NCBI GenBank assembly: GCA_050012295.1 | Contig: JBEKHL010000002.1 | Coordinates: forward strand, 11,725-75,724 | Direction of reading: 5' to 3' | Length of the DNA: 64,000 nucleotides | DNA from: Gammaproteobacteria bacterium | Lineage (GTDB): Bacteria; Pseudomonadota; Gammaproteobacteria; UBA6186; Azoamicaceae | In this document: positions 49,823 through 57,573 of the stretch, in pieces | How positions within the stretch are numbered: position 1 is the stretch's first letter | Layout: every line of letters begins with the position of its first letter | Notes under the pieces: generated by a model | Database searches by the model: none | Told to the model about the DNA's origin: nothing | What the model saw: the letters and a program-made list of their open reading frames with translations, nothing else | Position numbers and translations under genes: made by a program

Positions 49823-51028
49823 ATGAAATATAATACTTTTGAACAATTAGAACAGTTACAGCAAGGTGTAGAGGAAATTTTAGTATTAGAAGATCTAAAA
49901 TCTCGGCTAAGTTCCTCGCTTAAAATTAAAATTGGCTGCGATCCTTCGGCTCCTGATTTGCATTTAGGCCATACAGTAGTTTTAAATAAAATGCGGCAAT
50001 TCCAATTATTTGGCCATAAGGTGCTATTTATAATTGGAGATTTTACTGGGATGATAGGAGATCCAACTGGTAAAAATATTACTAGACTGCCTTTAACTAA
50101 AGAGCAAGTTTTAGTAAATGCTGAGACTTATAAAAATCAAGTATTTAAAATTTTAGATCCGGAAAAAACAGAAATTTTATTTAATTCTAGTTGGTTAGAA
50201 AAATTAACCTCTCATCAAATGATAGAACTAACTTCTAAATATACTATAGCCAGAATGTTAGAACGGGATGATTTTAATAATCGTTATAAAAATGGGCAAT
50301 CGATTGCCATTCATGAATTTTTATACCCCTTGTTGACAGGGTATGATTCTGTAGTAACGAAGGCAGATGTAGAATTTGGTGGTACAGATCAGAAATTTAA
50401 TTTATTAGTTGGTAGAGAACTACAAAAACAATATGGTCAAAAACCGCAAGTAGCTATTACTTTGCCATTATTAGAAGGTTTAGATGGTGTTCAAAAAATG
50501 TCTAAATCATTAAATAATTATATAGGGATTACAGAGCCAGCAAGTGAGATGTTTGGTAAACTTATGTCAATATCTGATCAACTTATGTGGCGTTATTTTG
50601 ATTTACTTAGCTTTAAAGATCTTAAAGATATTAATCAATTAAAAAATAGTGTAGTAGATGGACATAACCCGAAAGATATTAAAATATTATTAGCTAAAGA
50701 AATTGTTGCGAGATTTCATAGCGTTAACGCGGCTAATAAGGCTCATGAAGATTTTGAACTACAATTCCAGCAAAATAAAATACCAGAAAATCTCCAAGAG
50801 ATTGTGGTAACTGTGGATAATAATAACCATACTATGGCCTTAGCTAACGTATTAAAGCAATCTGGGCTAGTAGCTAGCACTTCTGAAGCATTGCGTATGA
50901 TTCGACAAAGAGCAGTTAAAATAAATGGCGAAGTAATAGAAAACAATGTAGCAGTTAAGGTTGATGGTGTTTCACATGTTTATCAAATTGGGAAAAGAAA
51001 GTTTGCTAAAATTAAAATCAATAATTAA
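49823..51028 (+). CDS. tyrS: Tyrosine--tRNA ligase
   Basis: Start at ATG 49823. HIGH-type motif DLHLGH, KMSKS present, C-terminal S4-like domain. Confidence 0.95.
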   Translation: MKYNTFEQLEQLQQGVEEILVLEDLKSRLSSSLKIKIGCDPSAPDLHLGHTVVLNKMRQFQLFGHKVLFIIGDFTGMIGDPTGKNITRLPLTKEQVLVNAETYKNQVFKILDPEKTEILFNSSWLEKLTSHQMIELTSKYTIARMLERDDFNNRYKNGQSIAIHEFLYPLLTGYDSVVTKADVEFGGTDQKFNLLVGRELQKQYGQKPQVAITLPLLEGLDGVQKMSKSLNNYIGITEPASEMFGKLMSISDQLMWRYFDLLSFKDLKDINQLKNSVVDGHNPKDIKILLAKEIVARFHSVNAANKAHEDFELQFQQNKIPENLQEIVVTVDNNNHTMALANVLKQSGLVASTSEALRMIRQRAVKINGEVIENNVAVKVDGVSHVYQIGKRKFAKIKINN

Positions 51029-51923
51029 GCTATTGTGTATTGCTAGCATGTTAAGCATGTTAAGCATGCTAAATATTTATGCTGATACAACGGATCTTAA
51101 GGGGGTAATTTTAATATTTGATAATATAAATAATATTAAAAATTATTCTGAACCAAAAAAATATCGTACTGGAATAGTACTACAACCTATAAAATTATAT
51201 GTTTCTGGTAGTGCCCAACCGAATTTGAAAGATTTTGAATATATAATTGCTCAAGCACAACAATTTGTTAAAAACCATAATAAAATTTTTATTGTTGATT
51301 TAAGACAAGAACCGCATGCATTATTAAATGATAATGCAGTTTCATGGTTTGGATTTAGAAATCAAGTTGCGTATAGCTTAGAACAACAGTTGATCTTGCA
51401 ATTATTTCTTGCGAAAACTGCGAACGTGTATCGAGCTGTTGATAAATTAGAAGATGGTTTTTTTATACCTAAAAATTATTCTACGGTGGCAATACATAAA
51501 GTGGGTACTGAACAACAAGCAGTAGAAGAATTAGGAGTAAAGTATCAAAGATTTTTAGTTGCTGATCATTTTGCTCCAGAAGCCAAACAAGTGGATTTAT
51601 TTGTGCAGTTTATAAAAAATTTGCCCAAAGATGCTTGGGTGCATTTTCATTGTCGCGGAGGTAAAGGTCGTACTACTACTTTTATGGTATTATACGATAT
51701 TATTAAAAATGCACATTTGTTACCATTAGACGATATTTTACGGCGTCAATATAATTTAGGTGGGATTAACCTATCTGAACCACTTGTTAGAGTGATCCGT
51801 AAAAAATGGAAAGAACCGGCTGCTAAAGATCGTTATGGATTTATTAAAAAATTTTATAAATATGTGTTAGATCCAGAAGGGTATAACAAGCAGAATTGGA
51901 GTGAGTGGCTTAAAAGGAATTAA
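50976..51923 (+). CDS. Secreted PTP-like phytase / CX5R phosphatase
   Basis: P-loop [19 protein letters not shown] closely resembles the HCEAGVGRTTAFM loop of PTP-like phytases. A Sec-type leader ends ..NIYA|DTT. The start is ambiguous: ATG 50976 (overlaps the tyrS end), TTG 51033 or ATG 51048. Confidence 0.65.
   Translation: MFIKLGKESLLKLKSIIKLLCIASMLSMLSMLNIYADTTDLKGVILIFDNINNIKNYSEPKKYRTGIVLQPIKLYVSGSAQPNLKDFEYIIAQAQQFVKNHNKIFIVDLRQEPHALLNDNAVSWFGFRNQVAYSLEQQLILQLFLAKTANVYRAVDKLEDGFFIPKNYSTVAIHKVGTEQQAVEELGVKYQRFLVADHFAPEAKQVDLFVQFIKNLPKDAWVHFHCRGGKGRTTTFMVLYDIIKNAHLLPLDDILRRQYNLGGINLSEPLVRVIRKKWKEPAAKDRYGFIKKFYKYVLDPEGYNKQNWSEWLKRN
51045..51071 (+). repeat. 9-bp tandem repeat x3 (AGCATGTTA AGCATGTTA AGCATGCTA) encoding SML-SML-SML in the phosphatase leader
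   Basis: Read directly. Each unit is in frame and carries an ATG. Confidence 0.9.
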
Positions 51924-51926
51924 TAT

Positions 51927-52694
51927 ATGCAAAATATTCAAGGATTGATTGATTACGGTATTATTATAATTATTATGGTTTCCATGTTAATGGGCCTTAT
52001 GCGAGGAATAATTCGCGAGGTAATGTCTTTAATAATTTGGTCGGCAGCAATTATGTTAGCGATTAGTTATTGTAAACCAGCATCTGGGTTATTTCACAGT
52101 ATTATTCCTCAAGCTGAAATGCGTTTGGTAATAGCATTTATATTAATAGTATTTATAGTATTAATTATAGGTGGAATAATAAGTCGATTAATAGAACAAA
52201 TTATTAAAGCCACCAAGTTTACTGTTACCGATCGTATTACCGGTGGAGTATTTGGTTTTGTTAGAGGAGTAGCAATAATTGCACTTACTATGGCTATGGC
52301 CAAAACTGCCGGACTAATTCAAGATTATTCTATTAAAGACTCTACATTAATAGCAAATTTTAAACCTGCAGCGGTATGGTTAGAAAAGCAATTACCAGAA
52401 GATATGAAAAAATTAGACTTTCATATGCCTGCCAGCGAAAATTCTGAAGCAAAAGAACCACAACAAAATCAAACTAAAACTATAGATCCTGTCGAAGAAC
52501 AACTAAAAAAAATTATGGATCCTAACGCACCATCATCTTCTGCAGATAATAAAGCACCACCTAAAGATTCATCGTCCTCGTCATCCGAAGATAAATCATT
52601 GGATCAATTATTACCTCCAGAGGTAAAACAAAAAGTAATGGATATATTAAATATTAATAATAAACAACAATCTGATGATCAGAAAAAAAACTAA
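51927..52694 (+). CDS. cvpA: CvpA-family membrane protein with low-complexity C-terminal extension
   Basis: N-terminus MQNIQGLIDYGIIIIIMVSMLMGLMRGIIREVMSLIIWSAA matches the CvpA pattern. 4 TM, then a Ser/Pro/Lys-rich tail. Confidence 0.8.
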   Translation: MQNIQGLIDYGIIIIIMVSMLMGLMRGIIREVMSLIIWSAAIMLAISYCKPASGLFHSIIPQAEMRLVIAFILIVFIVLIIGGIISRLIEQIIKATKFTVTDRITGGVFGFVRGVAIIALTMAMAKTAGLIQDYSIKDSTLIANFKPAAVWLEKQLPEDMKKLDFHMPASENSEAKEPQQNQTKTIDPVEEQLKKIMDPNAPSSSADNKAPPKDSSSSSSEDKSLDQLLPPEVKQKVMDILNINNKQQSDDQKKN

Positions 52695-54481
52695 TTTTCT
52701 TCTTCTGGTAAAAAACCTCCAGATTGCATGTGCCACATATGTGCATATCGACCATTTTGTTGTAATAATTGTTCGTGTGATCCGTCTTCTATAATTTGTC
52801 CTTTATCAAATACTAAAATACGATCCATGGTGGCTAGGGTAGATAACCTATGCGCAATAACAATAGTAGTGCGGCCTTTAATAAGGGATTGCAAGCCCTC
52901 GTGAATGAGCTGCTCGGTAACGGAATCTAAGGCGCTAGTTGCTTCGTCTAAAATTACTATAGGTGCATTTTTTAACATAGCTCTAGCAATAGCAATTCTT
53001 TGTCGTTGTCCACCAGATAATTTCATTCCTCGTTCTCCAACTAAAGTTTGATATTGTTCTGGTAGTTTGGTAATAAATTCGTGACAATGGGTATTTATGG
53101 AAGCTTGAATAACTTCTTTGTCGTTGGCATCTGGTTTACCGTAACGAATATTTTCTATTAAAGTTCTATGAAATAGAGAGGTATCTTGAGGGATCATCGC
53201 TATAGCTGCATGCAAAGAATCTTGAGTAACTTCGCTAATATTTTGGTGATCGATACGGATTTGGCCACTATGTACTTCAAACAGGCGTAAAATTAAATTA
53301 GCAAATGTAGTTTTACCAGATCCGGAAAAACCAACTAAACCAACTTTAGTTCCTGATTCAATAGTTATATATTTATTTTGAAATAATCTATTACCGTGTT
53401 GATAATTAAAAGTTACATTATCGAATTCAATAAGACCATCTTTAACTTGTAACATTTTAGCGTTTGGCGGGTCGACTATATCGTGAGGTGTTTGTAAAAT
53501 TGTTAATGCTTGTTTGGCTAGTCCGATTTCTCCAAACAAAGTTGCCAGAGATTCCCCTAAAAACCACATTTGGGCTGTTACACAAGAAGTGCTTTGCATT
53601 ACAAACGTAACATCCCCAGCAGAAATTAAATGGTGTTGCCAGCCAATAATTAAAGCTGAAATAAGACCGGCAAAGGTAAAAGTTAAGGGAATATCTGTCC
53701 ATAGGCGTAATTTATTATAAGATAAAATAAGTTGTTTATTGCTTTCCATTTCTTGAGCTTGTTGATCTTTAATGTAATTTATTTCTTTGTTACTTGTTGA
53801 GAATAATTTAACAGAGGCAATATTAGAGATAATATCAACAATACTACCGCTTAAACGATTTTTATCTTCGGCGTTTTTTGCGGCGACTATATTAGTAAAT
53901 TGGCCAAAATAAATAATTACCCCTAAATGTATAACAATCCAGGTTCCTAATATTAAAGCGCACCATTTGTTTACAGTAGCCATTACTATTAATGTTGCTA
54001 TTGTTACCGATAAACTAATTATTATATTCCAACATAAAATCATTCTAATAGTTTCTAAAGCTTTAGGTAAATCTTTAATTTTACTGGCGATGTTACCGGA
54101 AAATTGATGGCCAAAATAATGGTAAGAATGATTTAATACATAACTAAGGGTATCCATTCTAATGTTTGCTTCGAATTTAGGTAAAATATAGGCTTGCCAC
54201 CAATTTTGTAATCGTGTTATAACTATTATAGTTATCCAGGCGCTGCCATATAAATATAGAGCTGGTGCTAGGTGTTGAAAAATATTAATGCGTGGCTCTG
54301 AATAAGAAGTAATAAAATCTATTATCATCTTGATTGCATATGGCATGGCGGTAGATTCTAATATGAAAACAGTTGGAGCCAAAAAAAACACGGTAAAAGC
54401 GATAGGTTGTTTTTTTATAAAATGCCAAAAGAATCGTGATAAGGATTGAGCATGAGGATACATAATAATATATTTTAGCAT
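52691..54481 (-). CDS. ABC exporter, fused permease/ATPase (MsbA/multidrug-type)
   Basis: 6-TM domain, Walker A GFSGSGKTT, signature LSGGQRQRIAIARA, Walker B IVILDEATSALD. The longest ORF start (54544) would overlap the divergent epmA start, so an internal ATG (54481 or 54463) is more likely. Confidence 0.85.
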   Translation of the reverse strand: MLKYIIMYPHAQSLSRFFWHFIKKQPIAFTVFFLAPTVFILESTAMPYAIKMIIDFITSYSEPRINIFQHLAPALYLYGSAWITIIVITRLQNWWQAYILPKFEANIRMDTLSYVLNHSYHYFGHQFSGNIASKIKDLPKALETIRMILCWNIIISLSVTIATLIVMATVNKWCALILGTWIVIHLGVIIYFGQFTNIVAAKNAEDKNRLSGSIVDIISNIASVKLFSTSNKEINYIKDQQAQEMESNKQLILSYNKLRLWTDIPLTFTFAGLISALIIGWQHHLISAGDVTFVMQSTSCVTAQMWFLGESLATLFGEIGLAKQALTILQTPHDIVDPPNAKMLQVKDGLIEFDNVTFNYQHGNRLFQNKYITIESGTKVGLVGFSGSGKTTFANLILRLFEVHSGQIRIDHQNISEVTQDSLHAAIAMIPQDTSLFHRTLIENIRYGKPDANDKEVIQASINTHCHEFITKLPEQYQTLVGERGMKLSGGQRQRIAIARAMLKNAPIVILDEATSALDSVTEQLIHEGLQSLIKGRTTIVIAHRLSTLATMDRILVFDKGQIIEDGSHEQLLQQNGRYAHMWHMQSGGFLPEEEN

Positions 54482-54507
54482 TAAACATATGGAAAAGGTA
54501 GTAAAAC

Positions 54508-55482
54508 ATGCAAAACAAATGGCAACCAACAGCAAATATAGCAATAATTAAACAACGAGCAGAAATATTAAATACTATTAGAAATTTTTTTAAAAAACAT
54601 AATGTTTTAGAAGTGGAAACACCTATGTTATCTCAATACTCTGCTACTGCCCCATATATCGACCCAATAGCAGTGGTTGGGAACGAGGGTTTTAAGCGAT
54701 TTTTGCAAACTTCACCAGAATATGCGATGAAACGTTTATTAGCGGCAGGTATTGGAGATATTTTTCAATTGTCTAAGGTGTTTCGTGGTATGGAAGTGGG
54801 AAAATTACATAATCCAGAATTTACTATGTTAGAATGGTATAGAATAGGTGTAGATCACCATAAATTAATGGAAGAAATGGTAGAGTTATTCAGGGTTTGT
54901 GGTATTAATTATGAGGTTTGTAAAATAAGTTATCGAGAAATTTTTATTAAATATTTACAAATAGATCCGGTGTTAGCTGATCTGCAAAAATTGAAAACTT
55001 TAGTTTACAATAATATTAAACTTTCTGAACAATTTAAAAATTCTATAATAAATGCTACTAAGCAAGATTGTCAGGAGTTGTTATTTAATCATTGTATTGA
55101 ACCTAATCTAGAGTTAAATAAAATATTGTTTATTTATAATTACCCTAAAGAACAAGCAGCGCTTGCTAAAGTAAATAAAGATCAAGATGGTGTTGAAGTA
55201 GCGGAACGTTTTGAAGTATACATAAATGGAGTAGAATTAGCTAACGGGTATCATGAATTATTAGATCCGGTATTACAGGAACAAAGATTTTTAGCAGATC
55301 AAGATCTGCGTAAAAAACTTGGTAAGCCTCATTTAGAGATTGATCCATATTTAATTGCAGCATTAAAGCATGGGATGCCAAGTTGTAGTGGGGTAGCCTT
55401 GGGTATAGAGCGATTGTTAATGTTAATAATTAAAACTAATTCCATACGAGATGTTCTTTGTTTTCCTTGGGATATAGCGTAG
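54508..55482 (+). CDS. epmA: Elongation factor P--(R)-beta-lysine ligase (GenX/PoxA)
   Basis: 324 aa. Class II LysRS-like catalytic core without an anticodon domain (FRGMEVGKLHNPEFTMLEWY, GVALGIERLLML). Confidence 0.9.
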   Translation: MQNKWQPTANIAIIKQRAEILNTIRNFFKKHNVLEVETPMLSQYSATAPYIDPIAVVGNEGFKRFLQTSPEYAMKRLLAAGIGDIFQLSKVFRGMEVGKLHNPEFTMLEWYRIGVDHHKLMEEMVELFRVCGINYEVCKISYREIFIKYLQIDPVLADLQKLKTLVYNNIKLSEQFKNSIINATKQDCQELLFNHCIEPNLELNKILFIYNYPKEQAALAKVNKDQDGVEVAERFEVYINGVELANGYHELLDPVLQEQRFLADQDLRKKLGKPHLEIDPYLIAALKHGMPSCSGVALGIERLLMLIIKTNSIRDVLCFPWDIA

Positions 55483-55484
55483 TT

Positions 55485-55874
55485 TTAACGTCCTATTCTT
55501 GCTAATTGTGGTAGATTATCAAAATCTGAGTCGCGATCATAAAGAGTTAAATTGTATTGGACAACTAAAGCGGCAATCCAAAGATCATTAGTTGGAATAG
55601 GTTTACCTTTTTTTCTAAGGTAAGCATATAAATTAGCGTAAAAGTGGGTTGTTTGTTCATCTGGATATAAGATAGATACTTCGTCTTTATTAAGAAATTT
55701 TGTAAGAATACGTTCATTTTTTTCTTGCTGGTTACCATGAGCAAAGCCTGCTCTTTGTTCTGCTATAACTATTAGAGGTACAAATATTAAAGAAGCGCGT
55801 TCAACAATTTCTATTACTTCAGGGATGTTATGGCATAAATCTGTATATCTATTAGAATCGATAACTATTTTCAT
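55485..55874 (-). CDS. vapC: PIN-domain toxin VapC
   Basis: Acidic residues in PIN order (IVIDSN.., ..IAEQ.., ..TNDLWIAA.., ..LYDRDSDF). ATG 55874 overlaps the vapB TGA in a 4-nt ATGA junction. Confidence 0.85.
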   Translation of the reverse strand: MKIVIDSNRYTDLCHNIPEVIEIVERASLIFVPLIVIAEQRAGFAHGNQQEKNERILTKFLNKDEVSILYPDEQTTHFYANLYAYLRKKGKPIPTNDLWIAALVVQYNLTLYDRDSDFDNLPQLARIGR

Positions 55875-56131
55875 AGCCATAATGATTGATCAATTTGATG
55901 TTGTCTTTTGATTTCTGTTTCTATTAAATCAGCTTCTTCATCTGATAAAGTTCCTACAATATCAGAGAGATCTATCTTATATTTAAGAGTTTGCCCACAC
56001 CCATTAGCAAGAGCTTCTATTGCAACTTGGTTAAAACTTTTTCCGCTTTCTTTTGTTTTTCGTTTTAACTCTAAATCTACTTCTTTTGGAATGTTACGCA
56101 ATGTGTATTGTTTTATAATATTCTTCTTCAT
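55871..56131 (-). CDS. vapB: Antitoxin VapB (ribbon-helix-helix type)
   Basis: 86 aa from ATG 56131. MKKNIIKQYTLRNIPKEVDLELKRKTKESGKSFNQVAIEAL is a typical RHH N-terminus. Directly upstream of vapC. Confidence 0.7.
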   Translation of the reverse strand: MKKNIIKQYTLRNIPKEVDLELKRKTKESGKSFNQVAIEALANGCGQTLKYKIDLSDIVGTLSDEEADLIETEIKRQHQIDQSLWL

Positions 56132-56146
56132 GTATACATTGTATAC
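56132..56146. promoter_or_regulatory. 15-bp palindrome GTATACA-T-TGTATAC abutting the vapB start (candidate TA operator)
   Basis: Read directly. The position is typical for autoregulated type II TA operators. Confidence 0.45.
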
Positions 56147-56240
56147 TGCATTAACATATAATGCAACTAGCAAATTTTAATTCTTGGGTTTTTAGTATTT
56201 TAGGAGTTGAAAACTCCAAAAATACAGTTAAAATGGAGTT

Positions 56241-57398
56241 ATGTATTCCAGATTATTACATTTGCCTTTACAAGAATCCCGTAGTTTTTTTCTTTTTGGT
56301 CCAAGAGGAACTGGGAAAACTAGCTGGATTAAAAATCAGATCCATGGAGCTATTTATTTAGATTTATTAAAAAGTGAGACTTATTTATTATTGCAAGCAG
56401 ATCCAGGGCGCTTAGAAAATTTAATCCCACCCAAATTTTCTGGATTAATTGTGCTTGATGAAGTACAAAAGATACCTGCTTTATTAAACGAAGTGCATCG
56501 TTTAATCGAATCTTTTAATTATAAATTTGTTCTAACAGGCTCTAGCGCTAGGGCTTTAAGGAAGAAGGGGGTTAATTTATTAGCAGGTCGAGCCAACACT
56601 TACTCCATGTATCCTTTAACAGTACAAGAATTAAAAGAGGATTTTAATTTAGAAAAATCTTTGCAGTATGGTCATTTACCAAGTGTGTTTTCTCGTACTA
56701 ATCCATATATGTATCTTAAATCTTATGTAAAAACTTATTTACAAGAAGAAGTAAGGCAAGAGGGTTTAACGCGCAATATTAGTAATTTTTCTAGATTTTT
56801 AGAAATAATAAGTTTTTCTCAAGGAGGAGTATTAAATATTACTGAAATTGCTCGTGAAGTTAGTATTAATCGTAAAGTTGTTGAAAGCTATTTTCATATT
56901 TTAGAAGATTTGTTGTTGGCATTTAGCTTGCCAGTTTTTACTAAGCATGCTAAACGGCGAATGCTGGTTCATCCTAAATTTTATTTTTTTGATGTTGGGG
57001 TATACCGAGCTATACGTCCTAAAGGGCCACTAGATTCTGTTGAAGAAATTGAAGGAGTTGCTTTAGAAACTTTATTTATTCAAGAAATAAGAGCGATTAA
57101 TGAATATTACCAACTAGGGTATGAAAATTACTATTGGCGCACTAATAGTGGTTTAGAAGTAGATGTTGTTTTGTATGGGGAGCGTGGTATTTTAGCTTTT
57201 GAAATTAAGCGTTCTAAAAGTATTAAAGGGAAAGATTTAAGTTCTCTTAAAGAATTTAATTCAGACTATCCTCAAGCTAAATGCTATTTTTTATACGGTG
57301 GGGAAAATAGAGAGTATTATGAAGGGATTGAGGTAATACCATTTATTGAAGCGTTGAAAGGCTTACCTAAACTGCTGGGTGTTAATTTAACGTTATAA
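56241..57398 (+). CDS. AAA-family ATPase with DUF4143-like, PD-(D/E)xK-like C-terminal domain
   Basis: Walker A LFGPRGTGKTS, Walker B LIVLDEVQK. C-terminal GLEVDVVLYGERGILAFEIKRS has a D..E-x-K nuclease-like pattern. GGAG RBS. Confidence 0.8.
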   Translation: MYSRLLHLPLQESRSFFLFGPRGTGKTSWIKNQIHGAIYLDLLKSETYLLLQADPGRLENLIPPKFSGLIVLDEVQKIPALLNEVHRLIESFNYKFVLTGSSARALRKKGVNLLAGRANTYSMYPLTVQELKEDFNLEKSLQYGHLPSVFSRTNPYMYLKSYVKTYLQEEVRQEGLTRNISNFSRFLEIISFSQGGVLNITEIAREVSINRKVVESYFHILEDLLLAFSLPVFTKHAKRRMLVHPKFYFFDVGVYRAIRPKGPLDSVEEIEGVALETLFIQEIRAINEYYQLGYENYYWRTNSGLEVDVVLYGERGILAFEIKRSKSIKGKDLSSLKEFNSDYPQAKCYFLYGGENREYYEGIEVIPFIEALKGLPKLLGVNLTL

Positions 57399-57573
57399 CT
57401 TTATATAAATAAATATTTTATAATTTTGAACTAAACTAAAATAAGTCACAAAAAACGTGCATAGCAACTAAATATTTTAGTTTATTGTATGCCTTGGTTT
57501 TGTTTGACAATAATAGGCTAAATGCTGTTAAATATAAAAAATTAAAGCGAAAGCACCTTTGGAGATTTGCAGT

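Noticed and set aside
55908-56361. ORFs 55908-56180 (+) and 56161-56361 (+)
   Set aside because: The first is antisense to vapB. The second is an out-of-frame overlap with the AAA ATPase start. Neither has a motif.
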